DNA of 63,552 nucleotides, the filler included, from Heterodontus francisci (lineage: Eukaryota): NCBI RefSeq assembly GCF_036365525.1. It is 4 parts of 4 records of this genome, joined end to end, with 100 filler letters (N's around TTAATTAATTAA, not from the genome) between each part and the next. Parts side by side here need not be neighbours in the genome. Positions count along the whole stretch, not along the records: positions 26,365 to 47,344 come from NC_090404.1; positions 47,445 to 56,745 come from NW_027141721.1; 2 more parts are not named here. One strand, 5' to 3'. The notes under the pieces were generated by a model that was given only the letters and a program-made list of their open reading frames with translations, was not told the DNA's origin and ran no database searches. Positions 36,740 through 51,559 of the stretch are shown in pieces (the first letter of the stretch is position 1; each line of letters opens with the position of its first letter). Both the position numbers and the translations under genes were made by a program.

Positions 36740-37330
36740 AGGGCTACTTGTTTTTCGTGGTATATATCAGTGATTTAGACTTAAATGTAGGGTCATGACT
36801 AAGAAGTTTGCAGATTATACAAAAATTGGTCGTGTGGTTGACAGTAAGGAAGAATGCTATAGGCTGCAGGAAAATATCAATGGACTGATCAGGTAGGCAG
36901 AAAATTGGATTTTCACTCACTCTGCGGAAAGATTTGATAGGCTGAGGTTGTTTTCTTTCCAACTGAGGTGTACAAAATTATGAGAGGCCTAGACAGAGTG
37001 GCTAGGAAGGACCTACTTCCCTTAGCAGAGAGGTGAATAACCATGGAGAACCGATTGAAAGTAATTGGTGGAAGGATTAGAGGGGAGTGGAGAAATCATT
37101 TCACCCAGAGGATGGTGGGGGTCTGGAACTCACTGCCTGGAAGGGTGCTGGAGGCAGAAACCCTCATCACATTTTTAAAAAACTGTATGTGCACTTGAAG
37201 TGCTTTATGCTACAGGGCTGCAGACCAAGAGCTGGAAAGTGAGATTAGGCTGGATCACTCTTTTTCGGCCAGCAAAGATACAATGGGCTGAATGGCCTCC
37301 TTCTGTGCTGTAAATTTTCTCTGTTCCTAT
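36740..37330 (+). mobile_element. CR1 3' fragment
   Basis: KFADYTKIG and HFTQRMVGVWNSLP-like motifs. Confidence 0.8.
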
Positions 37331-39094
37331 TGATAGTTGGGGTTTACTGATAAACTCCAGCCCAGGAAGAGGGTTTATTAATATTCTGAATAGATTTGAA
37401 ATAAATCAGCTTTGGTTTAAACATATTGCACATTTTTGTCTTTCCCACCTGAGTGTTTAGCATCACCTGGCTGGAGCTCAGAAAGGACAATCTGAGGGGA
37501 GGATCGTACAGCAGGAACAGAACTTCAGCCTGGACACAGTCCTTCAGGATCACACTGAGAGGGACAAAAGGCACTTTGGTCTTTCTCATCTCTCGACTGA
37601 CAGCAAAGTCCCCGTGTGGGTAAAAACTGTGTCCCAGCCGCTCCTTTCCATGGTTCAGAGCTCCTGGGCACGGAACAGAAGTCTCCTTTACAACTGTGTT
37701 TAGAGTCAGGAAGAATAACAGTGAATGCTGGCAACGTGCTGTCAAATCAGAAATTAGTGTAAAACTGTGATCTGTTCCTGACAAAGTGAAATGGCAGGTT
37801 TAAATTTCCAGTCTGAAAATGACTGATAATTAAGGTATGAAGATTTAAGTTGTTTGTGTGTCAGTCCTGAGTCCATCATTTTCATACAGGTGTTAACTCA
37901 TTTAAAACAATCCTGCCCAATATAAATAAAGTTTGCATTAAAATAGCAGCCAGAGCCTGCTGGGACAGTTCTTGAACAAACATTTTTTTTCTCCAGATAA
38001 AGGAGGACCTGGGGCATGTTTCCAAGAATTCCCTGTTTTATTGATGTGTGCATGTTAGACACCAGGATAACTAAAAATACAAAACCCAAAACATCCATGA
38101 GGGTGCGATCCTGTCAGTTACTCTGACACCACTCCCACTGTGGAACTCACCTACTGACCCTTCTGAAGGTTGTAGATTCAGGGAGTGGGGCCTCCAGGAG
38201 TGGACTGTAAGAAAGCTGGGTTTCAGTATCCTGACAAATATATGGTGAGGAACCAGAGGAATCCTTACGAAGGAACTGGCTCGGGTTTTACATGCCAGTG
38301 TAGGTCTAGGGGTGAATGATGCTTGACTCCCTGAACTGTCTTACATTGAACCCAGTTTGGATCAAGATGAATTCAGTTTCCAGGAGAATAGGGACAAATA
38401 TCACCCACAATTGAGGGAGACAAAAAGCAGCCATTAGAGAAGCTAAGAGATGGTTCACAATTGTGGTAATAATAGTAAAGGTTTTTCCAGCTACTTTGAG
38501 TCAGAGATAAAATAACATAGACTTACAGAGAATTACAGTGAGTACATAAGAGTTACATCAAATCGACAGCAGTCGTTCTCAGTCTTTGAGTTGAATGATC
38601 CCTTTAAGAATGGACAAGTAATCACGGAACCCCCAACCTAAATTATACTATAAACTCTTTGTACATTTACATTTATTTCTGTAAAGCTCATCAGTGTCCT
38701 GTTAAAGGGACTTGCAGGAACTTTTTCCCGGGCTGTCTGATATAGTGAACATCGATGTGATTGCTGATGTGAAAACTTTTATCCTCCCTTCAGCTGAATG
38801 GTAACCTGACAGGAAATATCCACCGAGTCTCATTGTAAAATTAATTAAATAGTTGATACGTGTGAGTGTTAATTCAGCTTTATATCACCTCCCCGTGGGA
38901 CTGTCCTGTCCCGTCGATGCTGGGTCAGGCCCTGTCCAGCTCCACCAGCCCCAGTCACATGGGCCATCTTGACAGCCCATATGTGAGAAAGACAATCCCA
39001 GATCTGATTTGCTCCAAATTAAATTTCATGTTTCATATTTCATTCCGAGGGAAGGTTTGTTTATTCAAGATAGGATTATCATTACAATGACAAC

Positions 39095-42000
39095 ACAAGA
39101 TCACAAATAGAAGTAGACCATATGGCCGATTGAGCCTGTTCCGCGATTTAATACGATCATGGCTGATCTTGGGCTTCAATTCCACTTTCCTGCCCACTCC
39201 CCATATCCCTTGTTTCCCTGCGAGACCAAAATTCTATCTATCCCAGAATTAAATGTATTCGATGATGGAGCATCCACAACCCTCTGGGGTAGAGGGTAGA
39301 TTGGCCCCTTATCCTGAGACTGTACCCCCGTGTTCTAGATTCCCTGACCAGTGGAAACAATTTCTCAGCTTCTACCCTATCAAGCCCTTTCAGAATCCTG
39401 TCTGTCTCAGTTAGATCACTTCTCATTCTTCTAAACTCCAGAGAATATAGGCCCAATTTACTCAGCTTTTCATCATAGGCCAAACCCCTATCCCAGGGAC
39501 CAATTTAGTAAATCTTCGCTGCACTGCCTCCAGTGCAAGTATATCCTTTCTTAAATGTGGAGACCAAAACTGCACACAGTATTCCAGGTGAGGTCTCACC
39601 AAAGCCCTGTACAAATTTAGTAAGACTTCTTTATTCCTGTACTCCAATCCCCTTGCAATAAAGGCCAACATACCATTTGCCTTCCTAACAGCCTGCTGCA
39701 CCTGCATGTTAACTTTGTGCATTCCTTGTACGAGTACCCCCAAGTCTCTCTGAACATCAACTTACTATTTTCACACCTCGTAAAAAATATTTTGCTTTTC
39801 TATTTTTACAACCAAAGTGAACAACTTCACACTTCCCTACATTATACCCCATTTGCCATCTTGTTGCCCATTCACTTAACCTGTCTATATCTCTTTGCAG
39901 CCTCTCTACATCCTCCCTGCAGCTTACCTTTCCACCGAGCTTTTTGTTATCAGAAAACGTAGATACATTACTCTCTGTCATTTCATCCAAGTCATTAATA
40001 TAGAGTGTAAATAGTTGAGGCCCCAGCACTGATCCTTGCGGCACCCCACTATTCACTGCCGGCCAACTTGAAAATGCCTCATGTATGCCCCCTCTCTGCT
40101 TCCTGTCTGTTAACCAATCCTCTATCCATGCTAATATATTACCCCCAACACCATGAGCCCTTATCTTGCCTATTAATCTTTTATGTGGTACATTATCGAA
40201 CGCCTTTTGAAAATCCAGGTATACTACATCTATTGGTTCGCCTTTATCTACCCTACTAGTTATATCCTCAAATAACCTCTAATAAATTTGTCAAACAGGA
40301 TCTCCCTTTACTAATACCATACTGACTTGCTCTAATCGTACTTTTCTTTTCTAAGTGCAACGTTAAGACTTCTTTAATAATAGTTTCCAGTATCTTTCCA
40401 ACGACTGATGTTAGGCTAACTGGCCTGTTCTTCCCTGTTTTCCTTCTACCTCCTTTCTTGAAAAGCGGCATAACATTTGCCAACTTCCAATCTAACCGGA
40501 CCACTCCTGAATCTAAGGAATTCTGGAAAATCATAGCCAGCGCATCCACTATCTCTGCAGCTATCTCTTTTAGAACCCTAGGATGTAGGCTATCTGGTCC
40601 TGGGGACTTGTCAGATTTTAGTCCCTCAAGTTTCTCCAATACTTTTTCTCGGCTGCTATCAATATCCTTAATTTCCTCACTTTTTAGCCCCTGGGTTACT
40701 GCCTATTTCTGGTATGGAACTTGTGTCTTCTATTGTGAAGACTTGCACAACATTTTTGTTCAATGCCTCTGCCATTTCCTCATTCCCTATGATAATTTCT
40801 CCTGTCTCCACCTCTAAGGGATCAACGTCTACATTAACTCCTCACTTCCTATTTATGTACTTATAAAAGTTCTTACAATCTGTTTTTATATTGCTGGCTA
40901 GTTTACTGTCATTCTATTTTTTTCCCGTTTTTATCAACTATTTGGTGGATCTTTGATGGTTTCTAAAACATTCCCAATCCTCAGACTTGCTACTATTTTT
41001 TGCAACATTGTACACTTTTAGTCTAATACTCTCCTTAAATTCCTGAGTGAGCCACAGATGGGTCTTTCTTGACGAGTTTTTGCTTTTGAGCGGAACGTAT
41101 TTCTGTCGAACCCCTTGAATCATTTCTTTAAATTTTTCCCACTGTTCATTTACTGCCATTCCTTCTAGTCTATTTACCTAATTAACCTTAACCCGTTCTC
41201 CCCTCATACCTTCGTAATTGGTTTTGTTTAAGTTTAAGATTCAATTGAAATGTGTCACTTTCAAACTTAACATGAAATTCAATGGTATAATGATCACTAT
41301 TTACCAGTGGATCTTTTACTATGACATAGCTTATTAACCTTACTTCATTACACAATACGAGATCTAAGATAGCTTTATCCCGAGTCGGTTCCACAACGTA
41401 TTGCTCCAAGAAACTGTCATGAAAGCATTCTACAAATTAATCTTCCAGACCACTGTTGCCAATTTGATTGTCCCAGTCTATATGCAGATTAAAGTTCCCT
41501 ACAATTAATACATTACCTTTTTTTAACATGCTTCAATAATTTCCCATTTAATATTCTGTCCAATAATATAACTACTATTTGGGGGCTTGTAAAACTACTC
41601 TCACCGATGTTTTTTGACTTCTGCTATTCCTAATTTCCACCCAAACTGAATCGACATTATGATCTTCTGAGGCTAGATCCCTTCTTAATAATGCCATGTC
41701 ATCCTTCACTATCAGGGCTACCCCTCCTCCTTTGCCATTCTGTCTGTCTTTCCAAAATACTGTGTATCCTGGAATATTCATTTCCCACCCTTGATCTCCT
41801 TGTAACCATGTCTCAATAATGGCAATTAGATCTGTATCATTTACTTCTATCTGTGCCACTAGTTTATCTATTTTACTACAGATGCTTCTTGCATTCAGAT
41901 AAAGGAACTTTAATTTCATTTTTTTTTACCTCTATTCCCTGCAATGACCTAATTTACCAATGTACAATTTTTTGTTAAACTCTCTGTCCCTTCCTGTCCC

Positions 42001-43620
42001 ATTCTGTTGGGAGTTACCCACATCACCATCCTGCTCCGATGCCCTGACCCCTCTCTGATTTCTAAATTTCCCTTTACCCAAACCCTCGCCTCCCCACCCC
42101 CACCCACCCCCGTCCCCCGTTAATTTAAAGCCCTGTCCATAACCCTAGTTATGCGATGGGCCAGGACATTGGTTCCAGCCCAGTTCAAGTGAAGCCCATC
42201 CCAACAGAATAGCTCCCTCTTCCCGGAGTACTGATGCCCCAAGAATCAGAACCCCTTCCTCCCACATGAATCTTTCAGTCACCCATTTTGTTCTCTAATC
42301 TGCTTGACTCTGTGCCAATTTGCATGTGGCTCAGGTAACAATCCGGAGATGATTACCTTTGATGTTCTGCTTTTTAGTTTGGACTCTAACTCCTCAAATT
42401 CTCCAAGCAGAAAATCATTTCTAGTTCTACCTATGTCATTGATTCCCACATGGACCACAACAACTGGATCCTCCCCTCCTACTCCAGGTTCCTCTCCAGC
42501 CGTGAGAAGATGTCCTTAACCCTGGCACCGGGCATGCAACACAGCCGTCGGAGCTCCCGGTCATGGCTCAGAGAACAGTATCTATCCCCCTGACTATTCT
42601 GTCTCCTATCACTACCACATTCCTCTTCACTCCACCCACTTGAAAGGCATCTTTCACCATGGTGCCAATGTCAGTCCACTCATCCACCTTGCAGTCCTTC
42701 TCTTCATCCACACAGGTAGTAAGGACCTCGTACCTGTTGGACAAGGGCAGGGGCTGAGGCTCCTCCATCACTAGATGCTGATTCCCCCTACCTGCCTCAC
42801 TTGCAGTCACACCCTCCTGTCCCTGAACATTGGTCAACTCTAATGGCCTCCCTACTCTAAGAGGCATGACTGCCTCCTGGAACAAAGTGTCCAACCATCT
42901 CTCCCTCCCTGATGCTCTGCAATGTCAGCAACTCAGTCTCCAGCTCAGCAATTCTGAGCTGAAGTCGTGAAAGCTGCAGACACTTACTGCAGATATGGTT
43001 GTCCAGGATTGCAACGCATTCCACAGATTCCCACATGCTGCAGTTGCAGCATAACACGGGCCCTGCCATCTCTGTACAATCTTATTTTTTAATTAGCCCA
43101 TTAGTTCATAATTCAAGCTGAATAATGGAAAGTTGCACTGGAGTCAAAGGAAGAAAACTCACCAACTGCTGGAGGCTGAAAAAGATCGGAAAAGGAGCCC
43201 CTCTTTCCCCCTCTGCACATTATTCCCACGTGCACAAAATTTCCAAATCCACTCTGGCAAATGTCTCTCAGGCAACTGTCTCTTCTCAACTGTGTCCCCT
43301 CACTTCGTTTGGCTAAGAAACCAGCCTGCTTTATAAGGATTCTGATGACTCACTAACTAGCTCAGCTTTCTGCTACAATAGTTAACACCTATTGAACCTA
43401 ACTACTTCCAACTGATTGACAGATTACTGCCACTACTGGCTGCTTATTCTTTAACAAAGTTATTTACCTAACCAGCAGATTTAAAGCCTGACTCATAATC
43501 TAAACTTTAACCTGTACAAAAACTTACCAGAACCTACCACCTGCACCAAATTTCCAAAGTCACTCTAGCAAATGACTAACTCAGGCAACTGTCTCTTCTC
43601 AACTGAGTCCCTTTGCTGGT
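39095..43620 (-). mobile_element. Near full-length decayed CR1 LINE (5' UTR, ORF1 zinc finger/leucine zipper/esterase, ORF2 APE-RT)
   Basis: ORF1 CCNCSMWE..HICSKCLQLSRLQLRIAELETEL and VVVIGDRIVRG; ORF2 LYLNARSI, IETWL, SDH, SGVPQGSVLGP, RPHLEYCVQFWSP. Confidence 0.93.
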
Positions 43621-43624
43621 TTGC

Positions 43625-43745
43625 TCAAGGTCTTCCGTGACCAGTGGGCACCAAAGGGGCTGGAGTGCATCATAGATGTGGAGAATTGCATTTTAATTTG
43701 AGTTCAGTTTTACTTATCTGTTTTTAAATGAAGTTGTTTATTTGA
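43625..43745 (+). mobile_element. Tx1 extreme 3' fragment
   Basis: Similar to 16385-16500 (ttccgtgaccagtgg...ctggagtgcatc...ttttaatttgagtt). Confidence 0.8.
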
Positions 43746-44417
43746 AATGCGTATAAACGGGGCCTGGGGAAAAAAGGGCATTTTGACAAAATAATAGCGG
43801 TCTGGGGTATAAAGGCCATCTTTTAAAAAAAAGTGTTAGATACAGAGTAAATCTCCCTCCACACTGTCCCATCAAACACTCCCCAGGCAGGTACAGCATG
43901 GGTTAGATACAGAGAACGTAAGAAATAGGAGCTGGACTTGGCCATTTGGGGTAAAGCTCCCTCTAAACTTCATTGGCTGGAAACTGTTTTGAGACGTCCA
44001 GATGTCATGAAAGGAGTTACAAAAACACAAGTCTTTCTTTAACAGAGCAGAAAAGGACCAAAAATGGAACAGTTAACAGCAGCATTTCAATTAGTCTCCT
44101 CTTTTCCTGGAAACAAATACTCCACACACTGAGTGTTTGAAATAAAACTGATTTGATTTTTATCCAGAACATTAAACTCCAGCTTAGTTATTGGGGTTAT
44201 TAACATTCAACAGAAACAAACACCAACTGTCAGAATGAACATGGTTCAGTCTGGATGTGATTAACAGCAGCAAGAACAGCAGAATCCAATCCCTGCAGTC
44301 ACTTGTGAAGCTGCTGGTATCTCAGCAGGTTTGATGACTGAATCCCTTCCCCCACACGGAGCAGGTGAATGGCTAGCTCCAGAGTGAGTGCATTGGTGTT
44401 TCAGCAGATCATTTCTA

Positions 44418-45790
<1,373 letters not shown>

Positions 45791-46419
45791 GGTGCTGGTG
45801 TCCTTGTGTCTCTCCAGGTTGGACGCTCACTTGAAGCCTTGTCCACATACAGAACTGGTGTACAGCTTCTCCCTGTTGTGGATGGTGTGATTTTTTTTCA
45901 GGCTGTGTAACTGGTTAAAGTTCTTTCCAGTGCACTGGAACACTTTCACCCAGGTGTATGTCTCAGTGCTTTTCCAGTCACGCTGATATTTGAAATCTTT
46001 TCCTACAGAAAGAACAGAGAAGCATCTGATATAAAGGTCCTGATGAATCGTGTGACCCTGTCAGATCTTGATGTACTGCTTGGTTTGTGTTTCCTGTCTT
46101 TAAATCCTCCACTTCTAATCCACTGTAAAAGGAATTTACAAAAGGCATCACAGTCAGTGCAGGGTAGAAATTCTGAACAGACATTTCTAGTTTCTATGGA
46201 ACATTTTTTCCTCTCTTATTCCCCTAAAGCTGTAAATCCCTGCCCCACACATTCTCCCTCCTCCCTGTGCTGAAATCCAAACCTACTGCACCATTTCTTT
46301 CCTCCACTGCCAATTTTTTCTTTCCCTCCACTCCGGCTGGGTTCCGTTCTCCAGCCCCTGTGTGCAGAGTGAGAATCAAAACAATGAATTAATGATTTTC
46401 TCTCCTGGTCACTGAACCC

Positions 46420-46760
46420 TGAAGCCCCGCCCACTCTGTGTCGTCACCAAGATGGCCACGCATGCGCTCTACTCCGCGCTCAACCAAGAAGGCGACCATT
46501 AACCTGGGCCTGTTCCTGGAAATAAGCCCCGCATCTGCAAACGTGGGACCTGGAGGTTCTTATTCAGGGCTTGCTACCTACACCAGCTGTTTCTGAAGCC
46601 TCCCCGCTCCCCCGCCGGCTCCATTCCTCCCCTGCGCCGCGTCGACTCTCACCCACTGCAAAAGTGTCTCCATCACTCGCGCAGCTCTGATCAAAGTCAC
46701 ATTGGCTATACTCCAGATATAGTCCACCACTGCGCCTGCGTACTGGGCTCTTGTAGCGTG
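46420..46760. promoter_or_regulatory. CpG-rich promoter-like region upstream of the ZNF
   Basis: CpG enrichment, CAAGATGGCC (YY1-like), GC box gccccgccc, cgcatgcg/tgcgcctgcg (NRF1-like). Confidence 0.5.
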
Positions 46761-47344
46761 AATAGGGCACATTCACTTTGCAGCGAATGCTGGGTAACAG
46801 ATCCCCCATGGTGATCGGAAACGAATTCTCTGTGATCCTATTAAGGTGAACGTAATGAAGAATTCACACAGAAACCCAAGTTCAAGGGCCTTCCGCTATG
46901 CACCACTCCCAGCAGAATCCAATCCTGAAGTTTACAGGTGAACTCGCTGGTGTCTCAGCAATTGGGGTTAAATTCTTCCCACAGACAGAATATGTGAACA
47001 ACATCTCTTCACTGTGAGAATGCGCTGATCAGCTGCTTTAAAATTTAGAAGATTTTCTCTCAGTCATAAGAGTTGCTTTGAACACACTCTAAGGTGGAAA
47101 ACACTCCCAAGACTGGTACAACACGGGTTAGATACAGAGTCCTGTATCTACACTGTCCTGCGAATCACACTCAGGGCAGTTACAGCACAGATTAGATACA
47201 GAGTAAAGCTTCCTCTACACTAGGGTTGTCCAACATATGGCCGAGGTTTCTGTCCAGCCCACGGATGTATTTCAGAGATGAGAAATTTTCCATTGTCTTC
47301 TTTCAGACCAGCTGTCTTTAAAAAAAAAATTGTGCTGTCAGTTT

Positions 47345-47444
47345 NNNNNNNNNNNNNNNNNNNNNNNNNNNNNNNNNNNNNNNNNNNNTTAATTAATTAA
47401 NNNNNNNNNNNNNNNNNNNNNNNNNNNNNNNNNNNNNNNNNNNN
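47345..47444. other. Artificial contig linker
   Basis: N44-TTAATTAATTAA-N44. Confidence 0.95.
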
Positions 47445-48094
47445 GTTTAATTAGTTCATTCAAACTGTAATCACCGAAAGATAGAGTTTGATACATACAG
47501 AGACAGAGAGCTAGATAATCAGGTAGAGAGATAGATAGATAGAGAGTCAGTCAGGTTGACAGATAGATATAGAGAGAGGTAGAGATATAGAGAGATCGAG
47601 GGAAAGTCATGTAGGTAGAAAAATAACGAGCTAGATAGAGAGACAGTCACTGCCCCTGTAAAAGACAGGGATGTTAATTGGCATTCTCTCATTTTACACC
47701 AGCTTGGTAGCGAGAGTGAGAGAGTGGGATGGAGAGAGAGGGAGAGAGCATGATGGAGAGAGAGGCAGAGATGGATGGCGAGAGAGGGAGAGAGAGGAAT
47801 GGAGATAGGAAGAGAGAGGGATGGAGAGGAGCAGAGAGAGGGATGGAGAGTGTAGGAGAGAGAGGGATGGAGAGAGATGGAGAGAGAGTGATGGAGAGAG
47901 GGTGAGAGAAGGATGGGGAGAGAGAGGGAGAGAGAGGGATGGAGACAGGAAGAGAGAGGATGGAGAGTGGGAGCGAGAGGGTTGGAGAGAGAGGGAGAGA
48001 GAGGGATGGAGAAAGACAGGGATGGAGAGAGGGAGAGAGAGGGTTGGAGAGAGAGAGCGATGGGAAGTTATCGATCAGTCATGATCTCAGTGAA

Positions 48095-48208
48095 ATAAAG
48101 GATTACTGACCCGAAAGAAGGGTCACTGACCCGAAGCGTTAACTCTGCTTCTCTTTCCACAGATGCTGCCAGACCCGCTGAGTGGTTCCAGGATTTCTTG
48201 TCTTTATT
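48095..48208 (+). mobile_element. Penelope pseudo-LTR cassette, degenerate hammerhead, 16-bp TSD
   Basis: gaagggtcactgacccgaagcgttaactc; tcatgatctcagtgaa at 48079-48094 and 48209-48224. Confidence 0.8.
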
Positions 48209-49205
48209 TCATGATCTCAGTGAAGGTCGGAATGTTTTCGAGGTGATGAATGAACTCCTTGTGTTCCCAGGTCACTGTTAAAGTGTGTTCCAGACTCTGA
48301 TGTTTATCATGGTCCAACAGCGCACTCTACTGTCCCTTTGGAGAAAGAAAACGCAGTGACATAAAACCACACCTTCAATATCCATTCATCAATCCATCCA
48401 TCTCTCTCTATCTTTCTCCCTCTCTCTATCTCTCTCTCTACTTCTCTTTATCTCTCTCTCACTGTCTCTGTCTCTCTCTCTCCCTCTCTCTATCCGTGTC
48501 TCTCTTTCTCCCTCTCTCTATCTATCTCTCTATCTATCAATCTCTCTATGTCTCTCTCTATCTATCTATCTATCCATCTCAATTTATTTCCCTATCTCTC
48601 TCTATCCGTCTCTCTTTCTCTCTCTTTATCTCTCTCTCTATCTATCTNNNNNNNNNNNNNNNNNNNNNNNNNNNNNNNNNNNNNNNNNNNNNNNNNNNNN
48701 NNNNNNNNNNNNNNNNNNNNNNNNNNNNNNNNNNNNNNNNNNNNNNNNNNNNNNNNNNNNNNNNNNNNNNNNNNNNNNNNNNNNNNNNNNNNNNNNNNNN
48801 NNNNNNNNNNNNNNNNNNNNNNNNNNNNNNNNNNNNNNNNNNNNNNNNNNNNNNNNNNNNNNNNNNNNNNNNNNNNTCTCTGTCTCTCTCGCTGTTGTTT
48901 CTGATCTTCACTTCACATATTAAAATCTTTAACAATCTCTCTAAGACCGCTGAAGGTTTACCCTTCAGTCTTCCCTTTTCTGGAGCAAAGAGACCCCGAT
49001 ATTCAAACTATCATGTTCGCTTTAAACTCTGTGTTCCCGTAAAGTCCAGTTCGCAATTCCCCGGTGCTTCGAAATCTAACCTGTCACTTTCTCTTTAAAT
49101 CCGCGCTGACTTCTTGTGAAGAACATGTACCCAATGATGAAATCACCCTACAGGATGCAGCACCGCCTGGTTTTATCTGAAACAGGTGTTTCCTGCTGCC
49201 TTTGG

Positions 49206-49244
49206 GGTTTTTGTTGAACTGCTCCATCTCTCTGGGTCACTGTG
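49206..49244 (-). promoter_or_regulatory. Consensus 23-RSS
   Basis: CACAGTG 49238-49244, 23-bp spacer, ACAAAAACC 49206-49214. Confidence 0.97.
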
Positions 49245-49719
49245 ATGTCTCCAGGCACAGAAATACACGGCCGAGTGATTCTCCCACAGGCTGGAGGACT
49301 CCAGGTGGAACTCAGAGTTACTCGGTCTCTCGGCGGTGAAACCCTCCACCGTCCCCTCTGAGTTCACACTTTGTACACTTCGGGAGCAAAACATCAGCTG
49401 CGGCTCCTTCCCCGGGTATTGTCTGTACCAAAACATGTCAGGGTTACTTGTGCCCTGCACGGTGCATTTCAGCTTCACCTGCTCCCCAGAAAATTTGGAG
49501 ACAGCGGCGGGAGTCTGGTGCATAGTCTGTGAGTTCACATCTGGGAAAGAGACAGGGAGAGGAGGAGATCAATAAACAGGGACATTCAGTCCAGTGGGGA
49601 GAAAGGGGAGAAAGAGAAAATCAAAGAAAAATGAAACGAAAGAAATGTTAAGTAGAATTATTGTTTTAATAAAACGCCTTACGGTGAAACAGGGAGATCA
49701 GAGTCAGTAACAGATACAT
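49245..49719 (-). CDS. TRBV: TCR beta V gene segment, TRBV30-like (leader 49683-49719, V exon 49245-49540)
   Basis: MYLLLTLISLFH|HVNSQTMHQTP..KLKCTVQGTSNPDMFWYRQ..SAVYFCAWR; resembles human TRBV30 (SQTIHQ, CTVEGTSNPNLYWYRQ, CAWS). Confidence 0.88.
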
Positions 49720-49789
49720 CTTTTACTTTAAGCTGCCCTCTGAATCAGCAAAGGGGAGAGAGCAGGAGTGATGAGTGTTGTCAATAACC

Positions 49790-49862
49790 AACCCACTCTT
49801 TACAAATCATTGGGAGGAACAGGGAGAGCATTAGGAAGTGATGCAGAGATGGTGACGCCCAG
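49790..49862 (-). promoter_or_regulatory. Conserved V-beta promoter block (also about 52090, 52988, 54875)
   Basis: cactctttacaaatcattgggaggaaca..gcattaggaagtgat conserved 70-140 bp upstream of all four ATGs; contains CCAAT, ETS (GGAAGT) and CRE/decamer-like TGATGCA/TGACG motifs. Confidence 0.7.
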
Positions 49863-50139
49863 GTAAACAAGTCAGAGTGGAGTAGTTTGTCAATGTCTCT
49901 CTCTATCGATCTCAATCCGCCTTCCTCTCTCTTTCTTACTCATTGTTCCTCACTCTCTCTCTCTGCATGTATCGAGCTTCATGTCTCCCACTCTTTCAAT
50001 CTCTTTCTCTCTCTGTATCTGTGTGTGTGTGTGTGTGTGTGTGTATTTCTCTCTCTGTCTCCCTCTGTCCCGTTCTTTTACGTTGAGCTTTTCCTCTCTA
50101 TGTCTCCCTGATTCACCCTCTCTGTCTCTGTGTTTCATG

Positions 50140-50930
50140 GGCGGATGTATTGGTAACCAGAGGGCACTTATTGAAGGTAATTGGCAAACGATCCAAAGGT
50201 GAACTGAGGAAACGTTTTGACGCAGTGAGTGGTGAGGATCTGGAATGCACTACCTGAGAGTGCGGGGGAGGCAGATTCAATCGTGGCTTTCAATGGGAAA
50301 TTTGGATAATTATCTGAAGGGAAAATGTGCAGTGTTATGTAGAAAGGGCAGGAGGAGTGGGACTAGCTGCAGAGACCAAGTACAGCAACAGGGTGACAGC
50401 ATTGTGGAACATCCTGCATTCAGGCTGCAAGTGTGACCCTGAGATTCCGGTTAGCGGATACTTTTAATTCTCATTCCCACTCCCACCTCTCTGTACTCGA
50501 CCTCCTTCTCTGCTCCAGTGAAGCTCCACAGAAACTCGAAGAAAAGCACATCATCTTTCAATTGGATTCTTTACAGCTTTCAGGGCTCAACAATGAGTTA
50601 AACAATTTCTGATCATAACCACTGCTCCAGTTTCTATGGGCAGAGGTTTGTTGGTGATGATTGCGTTTCTGCCATTTCCATCTCCTCTCGACCCATCTCT
50701 TGTTCTTTACTTGACCCATTAACTTCCCCTTTGTCTTGCACCAGCCTCAGTTTTGTTATTAAATCTCTCCTGCATTCCTCCCATTCTCCCTCTCCCTGGC
50801 TTTCTGCTGCTGCAAAGCTGATAGATCACTAAATCCTTCCAGTTCTGTTGAAAGGTCTACGACCTGATATGTTTTGTCTCTCTCCACAGAGGCTGTCTGA
50901 CCTGATTAGTATTTCCATCCTTATTTATTT
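50140..50930 (+). mobile_element. CR1 3' fragment followed by a Penelope 3' fragment (duplicated at 55230-56030)
   Basis: QxVVRIWNALPE; KLEEKHIIFQL; pseudo-LTR remnant. Confidence 0.7.
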
Positions 50931-51526
50931 ATAACCCAGAAACACAATGAGCTCCAATACAGTGACAGAGCGCCCAGAACCTAAACCATCCAGCATCTGC
51001 GGTACCTTGTGTTCAGTTCACCAGACTGTAACCGGGATGTAGTTTTATAATTATCAGGAGAGGTTCATAGACAAGTTTCAAAGTCCCTATTGAAACATCA
51101 TCAATAATCTGATACTTATCACGGTCCTACACCGCCCTCTGCTGTCGCTGTGGATAAAGACAACACTGTCAGTGAATAAAACACAACTTTGTCTGTCTGC
51201 CTACCAGCTTTCTATCGACCTATCTCCCTACCTATCTGATCTTCACTTCACACATTAAACCCTTTCATAATCTTTCTAAGAACTATGAATGTTCACCCTT
51301 CAGTCTTCTCCTTTCTGGAGCAAAGATGTTCAAACTATCTTTGTTCCGATATCATTCCTGTAAAGTCTATTTCACAATTCCCCTGTGCTTCTATTTCTAA
51401 CCTCTCACTTTCTGTTTAAATCCGCCCTGTCTTCTTGTGAAAAACACTTTTCCAATGCCAAAAACAACCAACAGGACGCAGCACAGCCTGGTTTTATCTG
51501 AAACAGGTGTTTCCTGCTGCCTTTGG

Positions 51527-51559
51527 GGTTTTTGTTGAACTGCTCCATCTCTCACTGTG
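51527..51559 (-). promoter_or_regulatory. RSS with non-canonical 17-bp spacer
   Basis: CACAGTG 51553-51559, spacer 51536-51552, ACAAAAACC 51527-51535. Confidence 0.92.
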
